The notes under the pieces were generated by a model. It had not been told where the DNA came from. It was given only the letters and a program-made list of their open reading frames with translations, and ran no database searches. 64,000 nucleotides of DNA from an uncultured Acidobacteriota bacterium. GTDB taxonomy: Bacteria > Acidobacteriota > Vicinamibacteria > Vicinamibacterales > 2-12-FULL-66-21. The stretch covers positions 138,007 through 202,006 of the forward strand of contig CAWAZT010000003.1 of the NCBI GenBank assembly GCA_963786615.1. Reading direction: 5' to 3'. Position numbers and translations under genes: made by a program. Numbering within the stretch: position 1 is the first letter of the stretch; the number at the start of each line of letters is the position of its first letter. Shown here piece by piece: positions 48,156 to 58,907 of this stretch.

Positions 48156-49732
48156 GATTGGGACTCGCGCTTCGTCCGCCGCCGTGCCGTCAGCTCGAGC
48201 AGCGCGTCACCGAGCCGCGCGGCAATGTCGCCCGCAATCAGCGCGTTCTCCCCCTCGTCGGCGTCCGCAAGATCGCCGGCTGCGCCGTGCAGGTAGACCG
48301 CCAGCTTGCACGCCGCCTCGGCGTCGAGGATTTGCGCGAACCAGGCGGCGATCATGCCGGTCAGCAGGTCGCCGGTTCCTCCCGTGGCCATGCCGGCGTT
48401 GCCGGTCAGGTTCAGGAACGAGCGGCCCTCCGGCCCGGCGATGACCGTCCGGTGCCCCTTCAGCACGACGTGGACGCGGTGCGATGCCGCGAAATCCCGG
48501 GCGTGTTCGAGACGATCCGATTGCACCTGCTCGATCGTGACGCCGAGCAGCCGCGCCATCTCTCCTGGATGAGGCGTGACGATGACGTCGACGCCGTCGC
48601 GGCCGGTGAGGCGATCGGTGTCGCCGACGAACGCATTCAGCGCGTCGGCGTCGAGCACGAGCGGCGCGCCCGAGCGCTCGACCAGCGCGTGGACGAACGC
48701 GGACGTCGATGGATCCTGCCCGAGGCCTGGACCGAGCGCGATGACGTCGGCCTGAAAATCGAGCACGCGATCGGCAGCGGAGAAGTCAATCGTGCCCGCG
48801 GCAGTTTCCTCGAGCGGCAGCGTCATGTACTCCGGAGCCATGGCGGCCACGATTGGCACCACGGACTTCGCCGTCGCGATCGTGACGAGGCCCGCGCCTG
48901 ATCGCAGCGCTCCGAGAGCCGCAAGGTGCGCGGCTCCGCTTCGCCCGATTGATCCGGCGACGACCAGTACCCGACCGAAGTCTCCTTTGTGCGAATCGGC
49001 CGTGCGTGCGGGAGCCAGCTCCCGCATGCGCTCGCGCGTCAGCAGCTCGAGATACGGACCATCGAGCTCCTCGATGATCGAGGCCGGGATGCCGATATCG
49101 GCGATGACGAGGTCTCCGGCATACACGTCGGCGGGCGGCAGGACGAGCGGCAGCTTGGGCGCCGCGAGCGTGACCGTCATCGACGCCTCGATGGCCTTCC
49201 CTTCGACCTCGTGCGAATCGGCCGACAGGCCCGTCGGCAGATCGATCGCCACCACTGGAATGCCGAGGCCGTTGATGTCAGCAACGACGGTCTCGAGAAA
49301 TCCCGTGAGCGCGCCATGAAATCCCGTCCCGGTCATCGCGTCGACGATGAGGTCGCACTCGGAGACTTCGCTGAAATGGAGCTCCCACTCCTGGGAATCC
49401 GCGATCTCCACGACGGTCAGGCCGATGCGGCCCAGGATCTCGAGGTTGGCCCGCGCGTCGCCCTTCACGTCGGCGACGCTGCCGAGCACGAAGGTGATGG
49501 CTTCGATCCCACGCTGCGCGAGCGTGCGCGCCACCACGAAGCCGTCGCCGCCGTTGTTGCCGCGGCCGCAGAGCACGGCGACCTTGCTCGACATCAGATC
49601 GTCGAACGCCGCCTCCATCGCAGCCACCGCCTGTCGGCCGGCATTCTCCATGAGCACCACCGACGGGATGCCCACGTCATCGATCGTCTGCCGATCGGCC
49701 TCGCGCATCTGCTGCGTGTTCAGAACGCGCAT
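48152..49732 (-). CDS. nnr: Bifunctional NAD(P)H-hydrate epimerase/dehydratase (YjeF)
   Basis: LMENAG, GRGNNGGDG, DLPTG, SHKGDFG, VLDADALN, TPHPGEMARL, MATGGTGD. Confidence 0.95.
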   Translation of the reverse strand: MRVLNTQQMREADRQTIDDVGIPSVVLMENAGRQAVAAMEAAFDDLMSSKVAVLCGRGNNGGDGFVVARTLAQRGIEAITFVLGSVADVKGDARANLEILGRIGLTVVEIADSQEWELHFSEVSECDLIVDAMTGTGFHGALTGFLETVVADINGLGIPVVAIDLPTGLSADSHEVEGKAIEASMTVTLAAPKLPLVLPPADVYAGDLVIADIGIPASIIEELDGPYLELLTRERMRELAPARTADSHKGDFGRVLVVAGSIGRSGAAHLAALGALRSGAGLVTIATAKSVVPIVAAMAPEYMTLPLEETAAGTIDFSAADRVLDFQADVIALGPGLGQDPSTSAFVHALVERSGAPLVLDADALNAFVGDTDRLTGRDGVDVIVTPHPGEMARLLGVTIEQVQSDRLEHARDFAASHRVHVVLKGHRTVIAGPEGRSFLNLTGNAGMATGGTGDLLTGMIAAWFAQILDAEAACKLAVYLHGAAGDLADADEGENALIAGDIAARLGDALLELTARRRTKRESQS

Positions 49733-49793
49733 GGTGCTGCCTCGGACTTCATCATCAAGTGCCACATTATGCGTATGTTAGACTTCATGCAAC

Positions 49794-50679
49794 ATGCGCG
49801 GAGCGGTTTTCGTCAATGGGACGATCACAGAGGCGAATCAGGCCGTTGTTCCCGTATACGATCACGGATTCGTGTACGGCGAGGGCGTGTACGAAACGCT
49901 CCGCACCTACAACCGCGAGCCGTTCCTCTACGATCGCCACGTCCGCCGGCTCCGTCAGTCCGCCCAGCACCTCTCGCTCGACGTGCCGTTCGACGATGCG
50001 TCCTTGCTTCAATGGATCCGGCAGACGATGGAGGCCGCCGGCGAGATGGTGGAGGCGTACGTCCGGGTGCTGCTCACGCGAGGCGTCGGAGAGCTGACCT
50101 ACGCGATCGACGCCACGCCGAAGCCCTCGCTCGTCATCATCGTCAAGCCGCTCGAGGAAGTGCCAGAGCGTCTCACGCGCGAGGGCATCGTCATCTCGCT
50201 CGTGGATGTTCTTCGGAATCATCCTGGCTCGGTCAACCCGATCATCAAGTCGAACAACCTGCTGAACAACGCGCTGGCCATGCAGGCCGCCTACCGCCGC
50301 GGAGGCGAAGAGGCGCTCATGTGCAACTACCGCGGGGAACTCTCGGAGTGCTCGCAGTCCAACTTCTTCATGGTGCGCGGCGGCGCGGCCATCACGCCGG
50401 CGTCCGACGCCGGTCTGCTGGAGGGCGTGACACGCGCATTCCTGTTCGAGGTCGGGCGCGACGTCGGCGTCGATGTTCGCGCGCAGACGCTCTACCCTGC
50501 CGATCTCCAGACCGCCGACGAAGCGTTCATCACAAGCACGACCCGCGAGCTCAGCCCGGTGGTCCGGATCGACGAGCGCTGATCGGCTCGGGCACGCCGG
50601 GTCCGGTCACGCAGAAGCTCTTGGCGGCTATCGCCGCAAGGCGCAGGAGTTGACCCGCGCTGTCGTGCGTTCCGCCTGA
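49794..50679 (+). CDS. Aminotransferase class IV (IlvE/Dat/PabC-like), C-terminal frameshift
   Basis: DHGFVYGEGVYETLR, IKSNN, ECSQSNFF, LLEGVTR, ADEAFITST. Confidence 0.9.
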
Positions 50680-50796
50680 ACACCGGCCGCTACGGGCACG
50701 ATGATTGCGGCGCGCGCCAGCCGGAGGAAAACAATGGCGCGACTTGCGCAAATTGCCAGAAGAGGACGGCCGCGCGTCGCGCGGTGAGCGTCCGTC

Positions 50797-53676
50797 CTAG
50801 ACGGAGGCTCCCTGCTCTTCGTACTCCTCCGTCGGCGGGCACGCGCAGATCAGGTTCCGGTCGCCGTACGGATTGTCGATCCGCGCGACGGCCGGCCACA
50901 CCTTGGTCGCGCGCACGAACGGCAGCGGATAGGCCGCCTGCTCGCGCGAATACGGATGCGACCAGTCGTCGGCCGACACCGCGTCGGCCGTGTGCGGGGC
51001 GTTCTTCAGGACGTTGTCGGTCGCGTGCGCGCGTCCGTCGATGACCGCCTGAATCTCCTTCCGAATCGCAATCAGCGCATCGCAGAACCGATCGAGCTCC
51101 GGCTTGGACTCGCTCTCGGTCGGCTCGATCATCATCGTTCCGGCTACGGGGAATGAGACCGTCGGGGCGTGAAACCCGTAGTCCATCAGCCGCTTCGCGA
51201 CGTCCTGCTCGTCGATCGACGGTCCGGACCCGTGCTTGAACGGGCGGAGATCGAAGATCATCTCGTGCGCCACACGGCCGTTGTGGTTCGCGAACAGCAC
51301 GTCGTAATGACTCTGGAGCCTGGCCTTGATGTAGTTGGCGTTCAGGATCGCGAAACGCGTCGCGTCCGTCATGCCCGGCACGCCCAGCATCCTGATGTAG
51401 CCGTACGAGATCAACAGAATGCTGGCGCTGCCCCACGGGGCGGCCGCGACGGCCGGAATCGCTCGATCGCCACCAACCTTCACGACGGGATGACCGGGCA
51501 GATACGGCGCGAGATGTTTGGCCACCGCAATCGGTCCCATCCCTGGACCACCGCCGCCATGGGGAATGGCAAACGTCTTGTGCAGGTTGAGATGACACAC
51601 GTCCGCGCCAATCGCCGCCGGGCTCGTCAGGCCCACCTGCGCGTTCATGTTGGCGCCATCCATGTACACCTGGCCGCCGTTCTCGTGGACGATGTCGCAG
51701 ATTTCGCGGATGTCCTCTTCGAACACGCCGTACGTCGACGGATAGGTGACCATCAGCGCGGCGAGCGTGTCACGATGCCGCGCGGCTTTCACGCGAAGAT
51801 CCTCGAGCTCGATGTAGCCCTGGCTGTCGCACGCCACGACGACGACGCGAAGGCCGGCCATGGTGGCGCTCGCCGGATTCGTCCCGTGCGCGGACGCCGG
51901 GATCAGGACAACCCTCCGCTGTGGCGCTCCGCGATCCCGGTGATACGCGCGGATCGTCATCAACCCGGCAAACTCTCCCTGCGCGCCGGAGTTCGGCTGC
52001 AGCGATACGGCGTCGAGGCCGGTGATTTCGCAGAGCGCCGACTCGAGCCCGCGCGTGATCTCGGAATATCCCTCGGCCTGCGCGAGCCGGCGCAAAGGGA
52101 TGCATGCGGCTGAACTCAGGCCAGCTCACGGGCAGCATCTCCGCCGCCGCGTTGAGCTTCATCGTGCACGACCCCAGCGGGATCATCGACGTATCCAGCC
52201 CGACGTCCTTCCGCTCGAGACGACGGATGTAACGCATCATCTCCGTCTCGGAATGATGCGTGTTGAAGACCGGATGCGTCAGGTACTCGCTGGTCCGGGC
52301 AATGCCCGGAGGAACTCGGAGCGTCGCGCTGACCGGCGGAAGCCGGTTTGGGTGTGACGCCAAACACGCGCGCCACATCCGCTACGTCGTCGGGCGTCGT
52401 GGTCTCGTCCAACGAGATGCCGATGCTGCCGTCGCTGCCGTACCGGAAATTGATCCCGGCACGCTCGGCTGCCTCCCGGACCTTCCGGACGTCAGCGCCC
52501 TCGATCCGCAGCGTGTCGAAATACGCCGCGTTGGTCTGACGCAGGCCGGCCGACGCCAGGGCAGCCTCGAGGGCTTGCGCGAGCCTGTGAATGCGTTCGC
52601 CAATCGCGCGAAGGCCCTTGGGGCCGTGATACACCGCGTACATCGCGGCGATGTTGGCGAGGAGCGCCTGCGCCGTGCAGATGTTGGACGTGGCTTTCTC
52701 GCGACGAATGTGCTGCTCGCGGGTCTGGAGCGCCATGCGGTAGGCGCGCTCGCCACGCGCGTCCACCGACACACCGATGATCCGCCCAGGCGCCTGCCGA
52801 ACGAACGTGTCACGCGTGGCAAAGAACGCGGCATGCGGTCCGCCGTAGCCGAGCGGGACGCCGAATCGCTGAGAATTCCCGACGACCGCGTCGGCGCCCA
52901 TCTCGCCTGGCGGCACGAGCAGCGTGAGCGCCATCAGATCGGTCGCGACCGCGACGAGCACACCGGCGGCTCTGCGCCTTTTCGATGATCGGACGGAGAT
53001 CGCGGACGGCACCGTGGTCATCCGGATACTGAACGAGCAGGCCGAACGCGCGATCCATCGGCAGCGAGTCGACGTCGCCGATCTCGAGCGTGATGTCGAG
53101 CGGTTCCGCGCGCCCCTTGAGGACGTCGATCGTCTGCGGGAAGACGCGATCCGATACGAGAAACACGCTCGGCTGCCCTGCTGGCGCCTTCCTGGTGTTG
53201 ACGCGATGGAACATCGCCATCGCCTCGGCGGCGGCCGTGCCCTCGTCGAGCAGCGACGCGGTCGCGATGTCCATGCCCGTCAAATCGCGCACCATCGTCT
53301 GGAAGTTCAGGAGCGACTCGAGGCGGCCTTGCGCAATCTCGGCCTGATACGGCGTGTACGGCGTATACCAGCCGGGATTTTCGAACACGTTGCGGAGAAT
53401 CACCGCCGGGGTCACGCAGTCGTAGTACCCCATTCCGATGTACGACCGCGCGACGCGATTCTTCGCGGCGACCTGTCGGAGCCGGCGCAGGTACTGCGCT
53501 TCGCTCTCGGGCGGCGGCAGCGTCATCGGCGTGCGCAGCCGGATGCCGGCGGGGATCGTCTGATCGATGAGCGTGTCGAGCGACGCCGCGCCCAGCGCCT
53601 CGAGCATCGCATCGCGTTCGATCGCGTCGGGTCCTATGTGTCTGGATTGAAAGGTGTCGTTGGATTCGTGGGCCAT
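50797..53676 (-). CDS. gcvP: Glycine dehydrogenase (decarboxylating); two frameshifts
   Basis: [63 protein letters not shown]. Confidence 0.96.
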
Positions 53677-54053
53677 CACTTCGTCAAATCGGCGTACTGG
53701 GTCGCATCGAGCAGATCGGTCGCGTCGTCGGCGCTCGTCACGCGCACGCCGATCATCCACGAGCTGTGCGGATCCTTGTTGACGGCTTCCGGATGCTGCA
53801 CCAACCCGGAGTTCACTTCCGTCACCTCACCGCTCACCGGACTGTACAGCTCGGAGACGGCCTTCACGGACTCGATCGTCCCGAAGACCTCACCTCGCTT
53901 CAACGTGCGGCCGACAGCGGGAAGCTCCAGGTAGACGACATCGCCGAGCTGCTTCTGCGCGTAGTCGGTGATGCCGACCCGCGCGTCGCTTCCGGAGGTG
54001 CCAAGCCGCACCCATTCGTGATCCTTCGTGTACTTCAAGTCCGGCGGATACAT
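53676..54053 (-). CDS. gcvH: Glycine cleavage system H protein
   Basis: YTKDHEW, VGITDYAQ, IESVKAVSE (lipoyl Lys). Confidence 0.97.
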   Translation of the reverse strand: MYPPDLKYTKDHEWVRLGTSGSDARVGITDYAQKQLGDVVYLELPAVGRTLKRGEVFGTIESVKAVSELYSPVSGEVTEVNSGLVQHPEAVNKDPHSSWMIGVRVTSADDATDLLDATQYADLTK

Positions 54054-54069
54054 GTCCTCTCCTGGATCC

Positions 54070-54155
54070 TGGGGTCAGATTTCGATTTTCTAACGATTTC
54101 TCTAAATATTCCGCGAATTCGAAGGGCCGGATTAGAAAATCGAGATCTGACCCCA
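54070..54155. repeat. 86-bp palindromic element (REP/MITE-like) with 24-bp arms
   Basis: tggggtcagatttcgattttctaa (54070-54093) and ttagaaaatcgagatctgacccca (54132-54155), one mismatch; AT-rich. Confidence 0.8.
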
Positions 54156-54164
54156 TCGACCCGA

Positions 54165-55281
54165 CTACTTGGGTCGCTTGTAGAACGGCATCGGGACGAC
54201 GGTGGCCTTTGCGCGGCGGCCCCGGACGTCGACCTCGAACTCCTGCGAGGGCTGCGCGCGGTCGGCCGGCAGATACGCCATGCCGATCGCTTTTTTCAGA
54301 AACGGCGTCTGCGTGCCGCTCGTCACGACCCCGGCCTTCTCGCCGTCGAGATACACGTCGTAGCCGTGACGGCCGATGGCCCGATCGAGCATCTCGAACC
54401 CCACGAGCTTCCGCGGCGCGCCCTCGGCCTTCTGCCTGCGCAGGACGTCGGAGCCGATGAACCCGTCCTTCTTCCAGCCCACGATCCAGCCGAGATCCGC
54501 CTCCACCACCGTCGTCGATTCGTCCATGTCGTTGCCGTACAGCCGCATGGCCGCTTCGAGCCGAAGCGTATCGCGAGCGCCGAGTCCGGCAGGCACGACC
54601 CCGGCCTCGCGGCCTGCCTGAAGCATGGCGTCCCACACGCGTTCGGCGGAGCCGGGCGCGACGAACACTTCGAAACCATCTTCGCCGGTATAGCCCGTCC
54701 GCGAGATCGTGGCCTTGACGGCCGCGACCTCGCCGGTCGCGAACCAGTAGTATTTCATGCTCCCAAGGTCAACGCCCGTCAGCGACTGGAGCACCTCGCG
54801 CGCAACGGGCCCCTGAAGCGCCAGCAGTGCGTAGCGCGAGCTCGTGTTCACCGCCACGGCATCGCCGGCGTCCTTGATGTGCTCGGCGATCCAGTGGAAG
54901 TCCTTCATGATGTTCGACGCGTTCACGACGAGCATGAAGTGGGCGTCCGCCAGGCGATACGTGAGCACGTCGTCAACGAACGTCCCCTGAGGCGTCGTCA
55001 ACGCCGAGTACTGCGCCTGACCGACCGCCAAGCGTGAGGCGTCGTTGGACGTAATCCGTTGAACCGCGGCCAGCGCGTCGTTGCCAGCCACTTCGATCTC
55101 GCCCATGTGGCTCACGTCGAACAACCCGGCGCGGGTCCGCACCGCCATGTGCTCGTCGACGATGCCCGAGTACTCGACGGGCATGTCCCACCCCCCGAAC
55201 TCGACCATCCTGGCGCCAAGGGCGCGATGCCGGGCGTGCAGCGGGGTTTTCTTGAGAGGTCGCGGACGGGGGCTGTGTCAT
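54165..55281 (-). CDS. gcvT: Glycine cleavage aminomethyltransferase T; N-terminal frameshift
   Basis: KKTPLH...[45 protein letters not shown]. Confidence 0.96.
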
Positions 55282-55453
55282 CGGACGAGACGGGCGAGCC
55301 AGCCTTTGCGGCGCGCGCTGGCAGGCGCGTATCCAATGGAAGGTACTATGCGGCTCAGTCAGGGGTCAAGGAAGACTCCAGGCACCAATGTCGAGTCGTC
55401 CGCACCACGCATGAGCGCGAACGGTGCCGTCGGGGCGCTGCAGCGCGGCGAGC

Positions 55454-56888
55454 CTACGGCGGCCAGCCATTCGCGACGGAGTCTGCTTGATCGGGGTGGA
55501 AGCTATCGCCGTTACTCTCGTCAGCGGCGGCCGTCGGGCACCGGCGCTCCTCCGGCCGGAAGCGGATATACCCTTGAAGCGTGTGATACGAGATGCCCAG
55601 CTCGCGACACGCCCGGCGCTTGTTGTTCGCGCAGCGCTCGAGGACGAGCCGGGCGTAGCGGCTGCCCCAGGCGCGCATCGTGTCGCGCCGGCGGAAGGAC
55701 GGCACCAGATTCTCCGAATAACCGTTGAGCACGCACGGCGGAAGATCCACCAGGCGCAGCTGATCCGAATCGGCGAGCGCGACCGCGCGCTCGATGACGC
55801 GCTGCAGCTCGCGGACGTTGCCTGGCCACGAGTAAGCGACCAGGGCGTCGGCCGCGGCCTGCGACACCGTCAACCTGCGAAACAGACGATGACGCTCGAG
55901 GAAGTAGCGTGCGAGCTCCAGAATGTCCTGCGGCCGATCGCGAAGTGGCGGAACGGCGATCTCCACGCCGTTCAAGCGATAGTACAGGTCGAGCCGGAAC
56001 CGCCCACGCGCCACCAGGTCCGAGAGGCTTTGATTCGTGGCCGCGATGACCCGCACGTCGACCACGCGTGATCCGGCGCCGCCGACACGTTCAATCGACA
56101 TCTCCTGGATCGCTCGCAGCAGTTTCGCCTGCGCCGCAGGCGAGAGGTCCGAGACCTCGTCGAGAAAGAGCGTCCCCTCGTGCGCATGCTCGAACTTGCC
56201 GCGCCGGCCTCGCACACCAGTCGCAATGCGCTCCTCGATGCCGAACAGCTCGGCCTCGAGCAGCGACTCGACGATGGCCGCGCAGTTCACCGCGACGAAC
56301 GGTCCATTGCGGCGCACGCTCAAGTCGTGAATTTGTCGCGCAACGAGCTCCTTTCCAGACCCACTCTCCCCTTCAATCAACGCGGCGAAGTCCGTCGCGG
56401 CGACCCGCTCGATACGATCGCGCACCGCCCGGATGCCTGGACTGGAACCAATGAGCGGCGCCGCGCCATCCGGTCGGCTGCGCAGCCCGCCGAGAAGGCC
56501 GCCGCGTACGGCGCGATCGATGATCAAGACGAGCGTCGCCAGGTGCCGCGCGCTCCCAAGCATCTGCCGATCCCACTCGTCCAGCACCACCTCGTCGCCG
56601 CAGCGCGACGTCGACGGCGCCGAGCGTGAGGGTGCCCACTGTGACGGGCAACGAGAGGCAACCCGGCGCCGGCCGCGCCGCCGCCACGCCGTCACGAAGA
56701 TCGACGCGTTTCGCGTTGAGCAACGAGCACAGCTCGTCCTCGAAGCGCTCGCGGAGATAGCGCGGCGTTCGCGCACACGAGAGCGACTCTGCCACGACAC
56801 CGGTGAGCGCGTTCATGCCCTTTCTGCGCTCGGCTGCCCGGCTCGAACGACGCGACTCGGATCCTCGGCTGTGGGGCGCAACGGTCAC
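55454..56888 (-). CDS. Sigma54-interaction-domain (bEBP-like) regulator with C-terminal HTH; frameshift near 56605
   Basis: [55 protein letters not shown]; the GAFTGA position reads RIATGV. Confidence 0.88.
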
Positions 56889-56925
56889 GACCGCTCCTTC
56901 TCGTTGAGGTGCAGGTCGCGCCACA

Positions 56926-56941
56926 CACAATTTGGATGCCA
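56926..56941 (-). promoter_or_regulatory. Sigma54-like promoter with a variant -12
   Basis: Minus strand TGGCATCCAAATTGTG just upstream of the bEBP gene; -12 is TTGT rather than TTGC. Confidence 0.4.
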
Positions 56942-57397
56942 CTACGCGGACTGTGGAATGTCGAACCATTTGTCGGTTGCCTCACAGTCGGCCGACGGGG
57001 AGTCGGCGCCATCGGGTATCGCGTTCACAGTGGCGTCGAGGGCGGGTGACGACAGGTCGAGAAAAGGTGACCCGACTCGTGCCTGCAGTTCCCTCACCCA
57101 TTCGCTCGGCGCGTCGAAGCACAACGCCGCGTGATAGACCATCCGCTCCGCGTCCAGCGCCGCAACCAGACAACGCGCGACCACGGCGCTCATCGTGGCT
57201 TTGTCGCCATCCGCCTCGAAATGCACATGGACGGTGGCTCCGGGCCGCAACGGACGCAGCGCCGCAACCAGCGCACCCGTTGCGCTGAGATCGAGCACGA
57301 GCACGGATCTACCAGGTCGGACGAGCGCCGAGATCCGCCGCACCATCGGCCCCGTCGCACGCGGGTGGGCGCGCCGATTCCCTATTGCTCGCTCCAT
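56942..57397 (-). CDS. PilZ domain protein
   Basis: NRRAHPR (RxxxR) and DLSATG (DxSxxG). Confidence 0.8.
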   Translation of the reverse strand: MERAIGNRRAHPRATGPMVRRISALVRPGRSVLVLDLSATGALVAALRPLRPGATVHVHFEADGDKATMSAVVARCLVAALDAERMVYHAALCFDAPSEWVRELQARVGSPFLDLSSPALDATVNAIPDGADSPSADCEATDKWFDIPQSA

Positions 57398-58004
57398 CGT
57401 CTTTCTCCTTCGAGGTATTTGATCGTTCGCACGCGACCCGTCGCCCCCAGCACTCGGACGGCATACTGCGCCCGCCGACGACCATGGAGGTAGAGAGTTC
57501 CCGACGTGGCGGATCCGTTCGGATTCATGGACACAATGCGCGACACGCCAACGCGGACACCGTCGGTTCCCCCAGCCGTTGAGCCGTCCGCGTCAGGGAT
57601 TCCCGGCAGGAGTCCAAATGTGACGCTGGGGAAGTTCCAGGCGAGCATCTCCGCTGGACCTAACGCCGTGTCGACGCCGCCCAGGATGTCGCTGGTGCGC
57701 AGGCCATTACCGTTGCCGTCGGCAACGGCCGTGAACCTGTAGTCGTCGACCATCGCTTCGAAGCGTAGCCCCGTGAACGTCGAGCGCCTGATCGCCTCGA
57801 TCCGCGCCCGGCCAAGGCGATGAGCCAGATATGCTGCGGCACTACGCGCGCGGTAGTCGTCGAGCATCCGGAGTCCGCTCGGAATCGCGACGGCCGCAAG
57901 GGTGCTCATCATCGCCAACGCCAGTACCAACTCCGTCAGCGTGAAACCGCGCGGTCGAATCGGCCGCCCGTAACGACGGGCGGCCGTACGGATGACGCCG
58001 TCAC
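57382..58004 (-). CDS. GspH/FimT-like minor pilin; N-terminal frameshift
   Basis: RG|[46 protein letters not shown]. Confidence 0.8.
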
Positions 58005-58321
58005 CCCTGTGCCTTCTCGTTCGCGACGGTGATGAGCGGCTTCAGCTTCAAGAAGCTCTTCTCTCCTACGCCCTTGACGTTCATCAGGTCTTCGATCTTC
58101 TTGAACCCGCCGTTCTTCTGCCGGTACTCGATGATGCGCTGCGCCGCCTTGGCGCCAATCCCAGGCAGCGCTTCGAGCTGCGTCTGCGTAGCGGTGTTCA
58201 GGTTCACGGGCGACGCCGACGGTGACGCCGCGGTTGCCGCAGGTTTCGTCGACGCTTTTTGTGCCGTCGCCGTTGCGGTGACCATCGCCAGGAGTCCAAC
58301 GATCAGGAGCATTGCGCGCAT
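58001..58321 (-). CDS. comEA: ComEA-like helix-hairpin-helix DNA-binding protein
   Basis: Signal peptide; [50 protein letters not shown]. Confidence 0.93.
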   Translation of the reverse strand: MRAMLLIVGLLAMVTATATAQKASTKPAATAASPSASPVNLNTATQTQLEALPGIGAKAAQRIIEYRQKNGGFKKIEDLMNVKGVGEKSFLKLKPLITVANEKAQG

Positions 58322-58435
58322 GTCTCTCCTCCACTCGAAAAGGGTGACGAAAGACCCGGTCGGTGCGCTTCACGCACAAGGTGAGAGGTCGGGCACCTTG
58401 ATGACGAACCGTCGACCGGGCCGCCATTCCGAACT

Positions 58436-58451
58436 GGCAAGGCCGCGGCCA
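58436..58451 (-). promoter_or_regulatory. Sigma54 -24/-12 promoter upstream of comEA
   Basis: Minus strand TGGCCGCGGCCTTGCC (TGGC-N7-TTGC), 115 nt upstream of the comEA ATG. Confidence 0.55.
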
Positions 58452-58715
58452 CGCGGCAGCGCACGCAGCCCGGCGTCGCAATTCACAGCGGCGACGCGGC
58501 TTCGTCCTCCTCGTCGCACACGCCCATCGTCAAACGGCCCGCCCGGGTTCGGTAAAGGGAAACGCGGGATGACAACCTGGCGCCGCGGCCGCCCGCCGCC
58601 GACCGCGGCACAACGAGCACAGAGCCGTACGCAGCAACAGGGCGCACTGAATGCAGCGCGCCCTGTTCAACCCGCGATGAACGTCAGGCTTGGAGTCTGA
58701 AGCGAGGATTCGAGG

Positions 58716-58868
58716 TCAGTGCCGGGAGCGCTCCGACCTGGACTGCCAGTACCAGGCGTGTCGGACCACGCGAACGGCGAGCCAGAGAACGCCCAGCATC
58801 ACCAGGATGTACAGAACCAGGGCGAGTAGAGGCACAAAGGCCAGCCAGGAAGCACCAACCGTATTCAT
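58716..58868 (-). CDS. 50-aa single-TM small protein (not in the ORF track)
   Basis: MNTVGASWLAFVPLLALVLYILVMLGVLWLAVRVVRHAWYWQSRSERSRH*, preceded by an AGAGGA RBS-like sequence. Confidence 0.6.
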   Translation of the reverse strand: MNTVGASWLAFVPLLALVLYILVMLGVLWLAVRVVRHAWYWQSRSERSRH

Positions 58869-58907
58869 TGTTGTTTCCGTCCTCTCGTTCGTGCCGATGG
58901 ACTGGAC

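Noticed and set aside
50735-50760. TGGC...TTGC sigma54-like motif
   Set aside because: Spacing is two bases short and it lies between convergent gene ends.
55282-55450. Glycine riboswitch upstream of gcvT
   Set aside because: No GGAGA...CCGAAG...CTCTCAGG aptamer pattern; only a plausible sigma70 promoter (TTGACC...TACCTT on the minus strand).
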